53,048 nt of DNA, from positions 1 through 53,048 of the forward strand of contig JAEYRT010000072.1 of NCBI GenBank assembly GCA_023435325.1, written 5' to 3'. How positions within the stretch are numbered: position 1 is the first letter of the stretch; every line of letters begins with the position of its first letter. Below, piece after piece: positions 32,927-42,256 of the stretch. Under the pieces are notes generated by a model. That model had not been told where the DNA came from. It did not search any database and was given only the letters and a program-made list of their open reading frames with translations. The DNA is from Pseudomonadota bacterium. GTDB taxonomy: Bacteria; Pseudomonadota; Gammaproteobacteria; Burkholderiales; Burkholderiaceae_C. Position numbers and translations under genes: made by a program.

Positions 32927-35028
32927 TGCAAAACAACAAGATCTGGAAAATGGCTGTGCGAAGCTGGCTGGTGACTTGGGGGGCACTTGGTGCATCCTGG
33001 GCGTTTGCGACCAGCGTGCAGTCGGTGTCCAGCACCTGGCAGGATGGCGTGGAAGTGGTGCGCATCGAGCTGTCAGAGCCGCTGAGTGCTCCTGTTACGG
33101 GCTTTGCGACCCAGGAGCCGGCACGGATTGCCCTAGATCTGGCTGATACCAGCAGTGCGGTGCCGCAATCGCTGATCCAGCTTCAGACAGGCAATTTGAG
33201 CACTGCCAGCGTGGCTGAAAGTGGAGGGCGCACGCGCGTCGTATTGAATTTGCACAGCCCTGCCTCTTATCGCACGGAATTGAGCGGCAGCAAGGTTTTG
33301 GTGTTTCTGGAACCGGTGCCACCACCTGCCGCGCAGCACACAGGCCGCACGCCGGAGCAGCGTTTGCTGTCGGCGCAAACGGATGCAGGCCCTGCTTTGA
33401 GGGATATCGACTTCCGGCGCAGCAGCGATGGCGCAGGTCGCGTGGTGGTGGAGTTGGGTGAGTCTATGGTGAATGTGGACGTGCGCAAGCAAGCCCAGGG
33501 CATCAGCGTTGACTTGCTCAAAACCAGCCTGCCCGAAGGTTTGCGCCGGCGTCTGGATGTGAGTGATTTCGCAACCCCTGTGCAAATGATCGCCGCCACT
33601 CAAAGCCATGATCGCGTTCGGCTGCAAGTGGATGCAACGGGAGACTGGGAACACCACGCCTACCAGAGCGAGGGCCAGTTTGTCCTGGAAGTGCGGCCCA
33701 AGAAAGCAGATGCCGGTATGCCGGTCCATGGCAATGTTTTTTCAGGGGAGCGGCTTTCGCTCAACTTTCAAAATATTGAAGTGCGGTCGCTGCTGCAGGT
33801 GATCGCCGATTTCACCAATTTCAATGTGGTGACCTCTGACACCGTGACGGGCTCCATGACGCTGCGTCTGAAGGATGTGCCCTGGGACCAGGCGCTCAGC
33901 ATCATCATGGAAGCCAAGGGTCTGGGCATGAAGAAAAACGGCAATGTGCTGTGGATTGCCCCGAAGGAGGAAATCGACGAGCGAACCAAGCGCGACTTCG
34001 AAGCGGCTCGGAAGATTGAGGAAATCGAACCCCTGCGGACCGTGGGTTTCCAGATCAATTACGCCAAGGCCGAAGAGCTGAAAAAGCAGTTTGCAGACAA
34101 CAGCACCAGCGGTGAAACAAGCACACGGTTCTTGTCCCCCCGCGGCTCGGCCATTGCGGAGCCTCGGACCAACCAATTGTTTGTCACCGACACCTCAAGC
34201 AAGCTGGAAGAAATTGCCAACTTGCTCAAGAAGCTGGACATTCCCGTGCGTCAGGTCCTCATCGAGGCGCGGATTGTGGAGGCGCGCGATACCTTTGGTC
34301 GATCGCTGGGTGTGAAGTTCGGCGGGAGCTACAACCAAAACAGAGGCAGTATTGGTAGCCGGTACGCTGTTCCTGGCCGCGCAGTGGACGAGACGCCCAA
34401 TTTTGAAAACAGCGGCACGTCAGCCTCCAGCCCCTTTGTGAACCTGCCCGCAGGACTGTCTTCGGGGGGGCAGGCAAATACTTTGGCGTTGAGCATTTTC
34501 AACTCCGGGCTGACGCGCTTTCTTTCGCTAGAGCTGTCTGCCATGGAGGCCGAAGGTGTGGGCAAGGTGATTTCCAATCCGCGCCTGCTGACGGCAGACC
34601 AGACTCAGGCGGTGATCGAGCAAGGGACGGAATACCCCTATACGGAAACGGCTCCCAACGGAGCCACCACGGTGTCGTTCAAGAAGGCAGTCCTGAAGCT
34701 GGAGGTGGTGCCGCAGATTACGCCGGAAGGCAACATCATTCTGGACCTTGATCTGAACAAAGACTCGCGAGGCGAAACCACGTTGCAGGGCGTTGCGATT
34801 GATACCAAGCACATCAAGACCCAGGTGCTGGTGGAAAATGGGGGAACAGTGGTCATCGGTGGCATCTTCGAGATGGAGGAGAGCAACCAGGTCAACAAGG
34901 TGCCGTTGCTGGGAGATATCCCCGTGATGGGCAATCTGTTCAAGAACCGCACCCGAGAGTCCAGCAAGCGTGAGATGCTGGTGTTCATCACCCCTCGGAT
35001 GGTGACCGATGCATTGGCTCGCAGGTGA
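32926..35028 (+). CDS. pilQ: Type IV pilus secretin PilQ
   Basis: AMIN domains, LSLNFQNIEVR, LKDVPWDQAL, QVLIEARIVEA, KVPLLGDIP. Confidence 0.95.
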   Translation: MQNNKIWKMAVRSWLVTWGALGASWAFATSVQSVSSTWQDGVEVVRIELSEPLSAPVTGFATQEPARIALDLADTSSAVPQSLIQLQTGNLSTASVAESGGRTRVVLNLHSPASYRTELSGSKVLVFLEPVPPPAAQHTGRTPEQRLLSAQTDAGPALRDIDFRRSSDGAGRVVVELGESMVNVDVRKQAQGISVDLLKTSLPEGLRRRLDVSDFATPVQMIAATQSHDRVRLQVDATGDWEHHAYQSEGQFVLEVRPKKADAGMPVHGNVFSGERLSLNFQNIEVRSLLQVIADFTNFNVVTSDTVTGSMTLRLKDVPWDQALSIIMEAKGLGMKKNGNVLWIAPKEEIDERTKRDFEAARKIEEIEPLRTVGFQINYAKAEELKKQFADNSTSGETSTRFLSPRGSAIAEPRTNQLFVTDTSSKLEEIANLLKKLDIPVRQVLIEARIVEARDTFGRSLGVKFGGSYNQNRGSIGSRYAVPGRAVDETPNFENSGTSASSPFVNLPAGLSSGGQANTLALSIFNSGLTRFLSLELSAMEAEGVGKVISNPRLLTADQTQAVIEQGTEYPYTETAPNGATTVSFKKAVLKLEVVPQITPEGNIILDLDLNKDSRGETTLQGVAIDTKHIKTQVLVENGGTVVIGGIFEMEESNQVNKVPLLGDIPVMGNLFKNRTRESSKREMLVFITPRMVTDALARR

Positions 35029-35108
35029 TGCCCGTCATTCGGTGACAATCAGAGGCCGTCCATGTGCGCATGTGCGGCCCTTGTGTTTGGTTCAATCAGG
35101 AAGCGTTC

Positions 35109-35660
35109 GTGCATTTCTCTCTTATAGGTTTGCCTGGATCAGGAAAATCCACCATCGGGCGCCACCTGGCGCGGGTGTGGAAAATGCGTTTTGTCGATAC
35201 AGACCAGGTCATCGAACAGCGCCTGGGCTGCAGCATCAAAGATTTTTTTGCCGCCAAGGGCGAAGAGGCCTTTCGTGACCTGGAGTCCGAAGTGCTTGCG
35301 CAATTGCTGCAGGAATCGCCACCCTGTGTGCTGGCCACGGGCGGAGGTGCCATCTTGCGCCCCTGCAACCGCCAGCAGCTGAAAGCCAACAGCACCGTCT
35401 TTTACCTGCAGTCGCCGCCTGAAGATATTGCGCGACGTTTGCGTAACGACACCACACGTCCGCTGTTGCAGGGCGATGACGCACTGCAGCGTCTGCGCGA
35501 TCTTTTTCAGGTCCGCGCACCGTTATATCTGGAGACTGCGCACTATGTGATCGATGCCGCACGCCAGAATACCGCCCAGGTCAGTCGCAAGATCTGCATG
35601 CAGGCGGAACTGGCCGGGCTGCTGCCCAGGTGTGGCAGTTGTGGCGAGTTCACCGATTGA
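35109..35660 (+). CDS. aroK: Shikimate kinase
   Basis: GLPGSGKST, GEEAFR, ATGGG, RPLL. Confidence 0.92.
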   Translation: MHFSLIGLPGSGKSTIGRHLARVWKMRFVDTDQVIEQRLGCSIKDFFAAKGEEAFRDLESEVLAQLLQESPPCVLATGGGAILRPCNRQQLKANSTVFYLQSPPEDIARRLRNDTTRPLLQGDDALQRLRDLFQVRAPLYLETAHYVIDAARQNTAQVSRKICMQAELAGLLPRCGSCGEFTD

Positions 35661-35755
35661 CGGTATAAATGCCCGCAGGCTCTGGTGCTGCCAGCTGCTG
35701 CTTTCCTCTCTTTTCCAAGGCCCGAGCGCCTTGTTTGCTTGCCGAGATATTGACC

Positions 35756-36889
35756 GTGACTACACCGAGCCAGACCGTTCGTATTGACCTGGGGGAGCGC
35801 TCCTACCCGATCGTGATTGCCGCCGACGTACTGGGCCAGTCGGCCACTTATGCCGCCTGCCCTTCTGCCACGCAGGCGCTGATCGTCACCAACACCACGG
35901 TAGCCCCCCTGTATGCGCAGCAACTGGCCGCAGCGCTGGCCGCGCAATACCAGCAGGTGCACACCGTGGTTTTGCCGGATGGAGAGGCCTACAAGGACTG
36001 GCAGACATTGAACCTGGTGTTTGATGCGCTGCTCGGCCAAGGCTGTGATCGCAAGACCGTGCTGTTTGCGCTGGGGGGCGGTGTGGTCGGCGACATGACA
36101 GGCTTTGCCGCAGCCAGCTACATGCGGGGCGTGCCTTTTGTGCAGGTGCCCACCACCTTGCTGTCCCAGGTCGACTCCAGTGTGGGCGGCAAGACGGCGA
36201 TCAATCACCCGCTGGGCAAGAACATGATCGGCGCTTTCTATCAGCCGCAGCTCGTGGTCTGCGACCTGGCTTCGCTGGACACATTGCCGGCCCGCGAAGT
36301 GTCGGCAGGACTGGCGGAAATCATCAAATACGGGCCGATTGCCGACATGGAATTCTTCGAGTGGCTGGAGCAGCACATCGAAGACCTGCGTGCGCTGGAT
36401 CGCACAGCCCTGGCCCATGCGGTCAAACGCAGTGTGGAAATCAAGGCCTGGGTGGTGGGGCAGGATGAAAAGGAGGCGGGGCTGCGTGCCATTTTGAACT
36501 TCGGTCACACCTTCGGGCATGCCATGGAAGCAGGCATGGGCTATGGCAACTGGTTGCACGGAGAAGGCGTGGGTGCCGGCATGGTGATGGCCGCGCATCT
36601 GTCCATGGCGCTGGGTCTGGTGGATCAGGCCTTCGTGCAGCGGCTGACGCAGCTCATAGCGCGTGCCGGTCTTCCTACACGCGGTCCCGTTCTGGCTGCG
36701 CAGGACAATGCCGGCGCCTACCTGGAACATATGCGGGTGGACAAAAAGGCGGAAGCCGGTGCAATCCGCTTTGTGCTGATTGACGGCCCAGGCAAAGCCG
36801 TTGTGCAATCAGCCTCCGACGACCTGGTGCGACAGGTGATCGATACCTGCTGTGCACAAGGCGTGGGTATTCAAAACGAAAAACCATAG
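35756..36889 (+). CDS. aroB: 3-dehydroquinate synthase
   Basis: [36 protein letters not shown]. Confidence 0.95.
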   Translation: MTTPSQTVRIDLGERSYPIVIAADVLGQSATYAACPSATQALIVTNTTVAPLYAQQLAAALAAQYQQVHTVVLPDGEAYKDWQTLNLVFDALLGQGCDRKTVLFALGGGVVGDMTGFAAASYMRGVPFVQVPTTLLSQVDSSVGGKTAINHPLGKNMIGAFYQPQLVVCDLASLDTLPAREVSAGLAEIIKYGPIADMEFFEWLEQHIEDLRALDRTALAHAVKRSVEIKAWVVGQDEKEAGLRAILNFGHTFGHAMEAGMGYGNWLHGEGVGAGMVMAAHLSMALGLVDQAFVQRLTQLIARAGLPTRGPVLAAQDNAGAYLEHMRVDKKAEAGAIRFVLIDGPGKAVVQSASDDLVRQVIDTCCAQGVGIQNEKP

Positions 36890-36922
36890 CTGTCTGTCAT
36901 TGCTGCACAAGCCTGAGCAGCT
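36888..36922. repeat. 35-bp single unit of the palindromic repeat family, overlapping the aroB stop
   Basis: AGCTGTCTGTCATTGCTGCACAAGCCTGAGCAGCT: AGCTG/CAGCT ends, AAGC at positions 22-25. Confidence 0.6.
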
Positions 36923-36951
36923 GAAAAGATAGCGTTCTTGAAAGGGTGTGG

Positions 36952-38124
36952 ATGGCCGCCACTTTGTCAGCTTGGGCCTGTTTGCCGGAACAGTCGCGCG
37001 GCCGCAGACATGCGGAAGCGAACGCGCCCACGCGAACGGAGCACCAGCGTGACAAGGATCGCATCGTGCACTCCAGCGCTTTTCGCCGCCTGGTCTACAA
37101 GACCCAGGTCTTTGTGAACCACGAGGGCGACCTGTTCCGCACACGGTTGACGCACTCCCTGGAGGTGGCCCAGGTGGGGCGCTCGATTGCACGCCCCCTG
37201 GGGCTGAACGAGGACCTGGTGGAAGCCGTCTGTCTGGCCCATGACCTGGGCCATACCCCTTTCGGTCATGCCGGGCAGGATGCGCTCAATGCCTGCATGC
37301 AGGACTGGGGCGGGTTTGAGCACAATCTGCAAAGTCTGCGCGTGGTGGACTATCTGGAAGAGCGCTATCCACAGTACGACGGCATCAACCTGACGTTTGA
37401 AACGCGCGAAGGCATTTTGAAACATTGCTCGCGGGCCAATGCGCTCAAGCTGGAGGCGCAGGAGCCTGGTGGTGTGGCTGCACGCTTTCTGACGGGAAGG
37501 CAGACTTCCCTTGAGGGGCAGCTGGCGAATCTGGCAGATGCCATTGCCTACAACGCACACGATGTGGATGACGGCGTGCGTTCGGGGCTGATCACGATTG
37601 CGCAGTTGCTGGAGGTGCCCCTGTTTGCCCACTTTTATGCGCAGGCCCTGGCTGAACACCCGCAGCTTGCTGCACCACAGGCGCAGCGCCGTTTGCTGTA
37701 TGAGACCATCCGGCGCATGCTGAGCGAGCAAGTCTACGACGTCATTCATACCACCCAGGCGCATATTGCCGCAGCAGGCGTGCAGCATGTGGACGATGTG
37801 CGCGCCCATGGACGGCAACTGGTCGGCTTCAGCCCGCAGATGCACGCCCAGACCCAGGCGCTCAAACACTTTTTGCTCCATCAGCTGTATCGCCATGACC
37901 AAGTGATGCAGACCATGGGTGCGGCGCAGCAGGTGGTGCGGGAGTTGTTTGCTGCCTACATGCAGCAGCCCCAGATGATGAAGCCGCATTTTGCCCAGCG
38001 TGCGGTGCAGGCGCCCACCGAGGCGGGCAAAGCACGGGCCGTAGCCGACTTCGTGGCCGGCATGACGGACCGCTATGCGGCCAAGGAACATGAGCGCATT
38101 TCGGGCCAGCGGCTGCTCAGTTGA
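36952..38124 (+). CDS. dgt: Deoxyguanosinetriphosphate triphosphohydrolase-like protein
   Basis: RRLVYKTQV, RTRLTHSLEV, HDLGHTPFGHAG, GMTD. Confidence 0.92.
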   Translation: MAATLSAWACLPEQSRGRRHAEANAPTRTEHQRDKDRIVHSSAFRRLVYKTQVFVNHEGDLFRTRLTHSLEVAQVGRSIARPLGLNEDLVEAVCLAHDLGHTPFGHAGQDALNACMQDWGGFEHNLQSLRVVDYLEERYPQYDGINLTFETREGILKHCSRANALKLEAQEPGGVAARFLTGRQTSLEGQLANLADAIAYNAHDVDDGVRSGLITIAQLLEVPLFAHFYAQALAEHPQLAAPQAQRRLLYETIRRMLSEQVYDVIHTTQAHIAAAGVQHVDDVRAHGRQLVGFSPQMHAQTQALKHFLLHQLYRHDQVMQTMGAAQQVVRELFAAYMQQPQMMKPHFAQRAVQAPTEAGKARAVADFVAGMTDRYAAKEHERISGQRLLS

Positions 38125-38261
38125 TGGCCAGACGCTGCCTAAATCTCGCTGGAGTGAGCGCCAATGTGCACCAAGCCTGCAGCCCTGGAAGGGCTTGGAT
38201 AGAATTTCAGCTACAACGCAAGAGGGGGCATGGTGCCCCCCTTTGTTTTTAAGGCCGACGC

Positions 38262-38882
38262 ATGACCGACACCACCACAGAATTTTCCTATCCTGAAGAC
38301 ATCGTGATCGCAGATACGGTGCGCTGGTTGGAGAAGGCCGTGATTGGCCTGAACCTTTGCCCTTTTGCCAAGAGCGTGCATGTGAAGGGCCAGATCCACT
38401 ACGTGGTGAGCCAAGCCACGGATGCGGAAGGCGTGGCCATGGACCTGCATCGCGAGCTGGAAGCCCTGGCCGAGATCTCGCCCGAAAAACGCGATACGAC
38501 GCTGCTGATCGTGCCGCATGCGATGCAGGATTTTCTGGACTTCAACGACTTCATGGCGCTGGCCGACGACATCGTTGAAGAGCTGGATCTGGGCGGCATC
38601 TTGCAGGTGGCATCGTTTCACCCGCTGTTCCAGTTTGAAGGCACGGACGTGGATGATGTGACCAACTGCACCAACCGTGCACCGTATCCCATCCTGCACT
38701 TGCTGCGCGAAGACAGCATTGACAAGGCGGTGGAAGCATTCCCGGAAGCGGAAATGATCTATGAGCGCAACATGCAGGTGCTTGAGCAGATGGGCATCGA
38801 AGGCTGGCTGGATCTGGATGTGGGCCCGCGCTGCCCGGTTGCCCACCAGGCCGGCGATGCTTTCCATGAAGAAAAGAAGTGA
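38262..38882 (+). CDS. DUF1415 domain protein
   Basis: VIGLNLCPFA, QVASFHP, NRAPYPILHLLRE. Confidence 0.85.
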   Translation: MTDTTTEFSYPEDIVIADTVRWLEKAVIGLNLCPFAKSVHVKGQIHYVVSQATDAEGVAMDLHRELEALAEISPEKRDTTLLIVPHAMQDFLDFNDFMALADDIVEELDLGGILQVASFHPLFQFEGTDVDDVTNCTNRAPYPILHLLREDSIDKAVEAFPEAEMIYERNMQVLEQMGIEGWLDLDVGPRCPVAHQAGDAFHEEKK

Positions 38883-39799
38883 TGAGCAAGAATTCCAAGG
38901 CCGCCAAAGGCCAGGCAGCAGGCAAGCGCCCTGCTGCACCAGACATTGCGGCGCAGCTGGACCTCAAGCCCGGTCAGAGCATTGAACTGCTCAAGGCACT
39001 GCACATCCTCACGCGCGACGGCAAGCTCAATCAGGACTCGCGACGCAAGCTCAAGCAGGTCTATCACCTCTACCAGTTCATCGAACCGCTTTTGCAGGAG
39101 CTTGGCAAGGACGGCAGCGCCGTGACGCTGGCAGACCATGGCGCAGGCAAGTCGTACCTGGGCTTCATTCTGTATGACCTGTATTTCAAGCAGCAGGGGC
39201 AGGGCAGCATCTACGGCATTGAAACGCGTGCCCCGCTGGTGGAAGCCTCGCAAAAGCTGGCGGCAGAGCTGGGTTTTGAACGCATGCACTTTCTGAACAT
39301 GTCGGTGGCCGAATCCACGCATGCCGACTTCATGCCCGAGCGCTTTGACGTGGTCACGGCGCTGCATGCCTGTGATACCGCCACGGATGACGCCATCGCC
39401 TTCGGCCTGGAGAAAAAGGCCAAAGCCATGGTGCTGGTGCCCTGTTGCCAGGCGGAAGTGGCGGCCTGCCTGCGCCAGAACAAGGCCATGAGCCTGTCGC
39501 GCACGCCGCTGGCCGAACTGTGGCGCCATCCCATTCACACGCGTGAAATGGGCAGCCAGATCACCAATGTGCTGCGCTGTCTGTATCTGGAAGCCTGTGG
39601 CTACCAAGTCACCGTCACGGAGCTGGTGGGTTGGGAGCACAGCATGAAAAACGAACTCATCGTGGCGCGTTACACCGGCCACAAGAAACGCAGTGCGGCC
39701 GAGCGCCTGCAGCAGTTGCTGAAAGAGTTTGGTCTGGAAAATCTGGCGCAGCAGCGCTTCAAGTTGCCAGGCAACGCCGAGGACACTACTAAAAATTAA
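38882..39799 (+). CDS. Class I SAM-dependent methyltransferase
   Basis: DHGAGKSYLGF, ALHACDTATD, VPCCQ. Confidence 0.88.
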   Translation: MSKNSKAAKGQAAGKRPAAPDIAAQLDLKPGQSIELLKALHILTRDGKLNQDSRRKLKQVYHLYQFIEPLLQELGKDGSAVTLADHGAGKSYLGFILYDLYFKQQGQGSIYGIETRAPLVEASQKLAAELGFERMHFLNMSVAESTHADFMPERFDVVTALHACDTATDDAIAFGLEKKAKAMVLVPCCQAEVAACLRQNKAMSLSRTPLAELWRHPIHTREMGSQITNVLRCLYLEACGYQVTVTELVGWEHSMKNELIVARYTGHKKRSAAERLQQLLKEFGLENLAQQRFKLPGNAEDTTKN

Positions 39800-39874
39800 G
39801 CATCCAGCGCTTATAGAACAAAGGGATCAGCATTGAAAGATGCTGATCCCTTTGTTTTTCAAGCCTTGCAAGCT
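39799..39874. repeat. 76-bp palindromic element, copy D, with a perfect central terminator-like hairpin
   Basis: AGCATCCAGCGCTT...AAGCCTTGCAAGCT; core AACAAAGGGATCAGCAT-TGAAAG-ATGCTGATCCCTTTGTT followed by TTT. Confidence 0.65.
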
Positions 39875-40143
39875 ATAGAAATATTTCTCTTGCGGATGGC
39901 GGGAACGCAGCGCCTGCAGTGCCTGCCGTGCGTGGTGTGGCGTGCAACGCCAGGTGCTTACCGCTCGGGCAGGAAAAGCAGCACCAGAAAAAACAGGCAT
40001 TTACTTGCGCCAAGCCACGCGCTGACAATGCACGTTTTGCGCAGGCAGGATGCACTGCCAGGGTCTGGCCCGGGCTGACGGCGTTGCAAACGGCGTTCCA
40101 AGCACGGCACATGCACGGTGAAGCTTGAAGGGATGCAGTATCT

Positions 40144-42105
40144 ATGTCCTTACTTCGAAAACTGCTGGCCAGCGTGACGCTGGTGCTGACCGCCATCTTG
40201 CTGGGAACGCTGGTGTTCAGCCTGGGCAGTGCCCGGCAGTATCTGCATGAGCAACTGGATGCACAGGCGCGCAATGCTGCCGCCTCGCTCGCGCTGCTGC
40301 TGTCTCAGCCTGCCAATCAAAGTCTGGTCGTGCAACAACTGCTGGTGGCGGCTTGGCTCGATACAGGCAAGTTCCAGTCCATCCGCGTGCAGCGCCTGCA
40401 GCAGGAGCCGCCAAACGAGCGTGAACCATCCACCGTGCCCCAAGCTGCATGGGTGCCCGACTGGTTCCGCGTTCTGTTGCCCTTGCCTGCCGTGCAGGCC
40501 GAGCGCGCCATCGGCAGCGCAGAAGCCCCATGGGGCCATGTGCAAGTGGTGGTCAGCGCTGCTCCCGCCCAGGCCATGCTGTGGGACAGCAGCCTCAAGA
40601 TGAGTGGCTGGATCGCGGGCGCTGGGCTGGTCTGGGCCCTGCTGGTCACCGCCCTGCTGCGCTGGTTCCAGCGGGTGCTGCAGGATGAAGTGGCGCCCCA
40701 GGTACTGCGCATTGGTTCTGCCGGGGCTGCACCTCGGGATGCACGCAGCAGGCAGCTGCGGGAGCTGCAGGCGGTGACTGCGGCGATTCAGGTCACGCAC
40801 CGCAAAGTGCAGCAGCAAGAGCAGCTACAGGCGCAGCGCATCCAGGCGCTGCAAAAGGAAGCGCACAGCGACGCCGGCACGGGGTTGCCGAACCGCTCAT
40901 ACTTTCTGAACGCCCTGACCCAGGCTCTGCAGTCTGTGCAGTGCGGTTATGTGTTGCTGATGCGCCAGCGGGATCTGCAGGCCATGAATGCCAGCATGCA
41001 ACGACAGGCGGTTGACCATTGGCTCAGAGGCATGGCCGAGCAGGTGCAGGCGGTGCTGGACCGCAGCCAGCTCCAGCACGCGCAGCTGGCACGTATCAAT
41101 GGCAGTGATTTTGCGGTGCTGCTGCCGGGCAAGCTCGGGCCATCAGCCATGCATCTGATCGAGCAGCTGCGCAGAAAACTGCTGTCATTGAATGTGGCGT
41201 TGTCCGCAGAACGCTGGTCCCGCTGGGCATTGGCGCTGACTGCCTTCACGGGCCGGGACAGCGCAGCTATGGTGCTGACACGGCTGGATCAGGCCGTGAT
41301 GCGCGCGGAAAGTGCAGGCCACGGCAGTGTGGAGTATGCGGACCCCGAAATCGCACCGGGCACCGTCGTGCAGGCCAGCGAGGGCCAGTGGCGCCAGTGG
41401 CTGACGCGGGCGCTGCAACAGCCTCGCCAACTGCGCATTGCAACGCGGGCCATGGGCAGCACTTCGCTGGTGCGCAGCCAGAAATGGCATGAAGCGACCC
41501 TGGAGCTGCAGGACGATGAGGGCCAGATGCTGGATGCCTGCCTGTTTTTACCGGCAGTGGCGCGTCTGGGGTTGTCCGCGGACTACGACAGAAAAGCCCT
41601 GGAGCTGGCCCTGGAATGGCTGAGGCAGCATCCATATACCGACCTGCTGCTGCGGTTGTCGATGGCCTCGCTGGAGCAGGCGGGTTTCGAGCAGCGCATC
41701 TGCGCACTGCTGGCGCAGCCGCAGGTGCAGCCCTTGCTGCGCCATCTGATTCTGGAGCTTGATGCTTTCGCGCTGGAGGCGCTGCCGGAGCAGGCGCTGG
41801 ATTTTTGTGCCATGGCTGACAAAGCCGGGGTGCAGATCGGTCTGCGGCGGCTGGAGCAGGCGCCCAGAGTGCTGTTGCACCTGTGCAGTCTGCGGCTGCG
41901 GCACGTCAAGGTCAGTGGTTTCTTTGCCGACCTGTCCATGCACAACGCTGGCGGGGCACAGCTGCTGGGCGCCATGCTGCAGACGGCGCAGTCTCAGCAG
42001 ACGGCAGTGTTGATCACGGACGCGGTCAACCCTGAAACGTCCGACTGGCTGCGTGCCAAGGGGGCGCATCTGACATTTGTGCAAGAAAGAAACAATAGCG
42101 GCTGA
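40144..42105 (+). CDS. LapD/MoxY-like membrane receptor with degenerate GGDEF and EAL domains
   Basis: N-terminal TM plus ARQYLHEQL..NAAASLAL, VPDWF, DAGTGLPNRSYF, RINGSDFAVL, degenerate EAL region. Confidence 0.8.
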   Translation: MSLLRKLLASVTLVLTAILLGTLVFSLGSARQYLHEQLDAQARNAAASLALLLSQPANQSLVVQQLLVAAWLDTGKFQSIRVQRLQQEPPNEREPSTVPQAAWVPDWFRVLLPLPAVQAERAIGSAEAPWGHVQVVVSAAPAQAMLWDSSLKMSGWIAGAGLVWALLVTALLRWFQRVLQDEVAPQVLRIGSAGAAPRDARSRQLRELQAVTAAIQVTHRKVQQQEQLQAQRIQALQKEAHSDAGTGLPNRSYFLNALTQALQSVQCGYVLLMRQRDLQAMNASMQRQAVDHWLRGMAEQVQAVLDRSQLQHAQLARINGSDFAVLLPGKLGPSAMHLIEQLRRKLLSLNVALSAERWSRWALALTAFTGRDSAAMVLTRLDQAVMRAESAGHGSVEYADPEIAPGTVVQASEGQWRQWLTRALQQPRQLRIATRAMGSTSLVRSQKWHEATLELQDDEGQMLDACLFLPAVARLGLSADYDRKALELALEWLRQHPYTDLLLRLSMASLEQAGFEQRICALLAQPQVQPLLRHLILELDAFALEALPEQALDFCAMADKAGVQIGLRRLEQAPRVLLHLCSLRLRHVKVSGFFADLSMHNAGGAQLLGAMLQTAQSQQTAVLITDAVNPETSDWLRAKGAHLTFVQERNNSG

Positions 42106-42172
42106 CGCTCTTGGATACAGCGTTTCAGATATTTTTGTATTTGAAAGTAGCCAGGAGCAAGCCTGGACAGCT
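42097..42172. repeat. 76-bp imperfect palindromic element, copy C, overlapping the LapD-like stop
   Basis: AGCGGCTGACGCT...AGCGTTTCAGA-N10-TTTGAAA...AAGCCTGGACAGCT. Confidence 0.75.
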
Positions 42173-42174
42173 AT

Positions 42175-42206
42175 AAAAAAACGCCGAGTGCAGGGCACAT
42201 CGGCGT
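42175..42206 (-). terminator. Probable terminator of the bug gene
   Basis: ACGCCGA...TCGGCGT stem with a T-run on the minus strand. Confidence 0.55.
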
Positions 42207-42256
42207 ATCAAGCAAAGGAGGAGACAACAGCAGCTTGCAGGCTGCTGGTCAGGCGC

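Noticed and set aside
36952..38124. dGTPase as an anti-phage defence gene
   Set aside because: It lies in the conserved aroK-aroB-dgt housekeeping context with no defence-island neighbours
38137..38212. Possible fifth 76-bp element ending in CAGCT
   Set aside because: Conserved AGC start and AAGC(63-66) are missing
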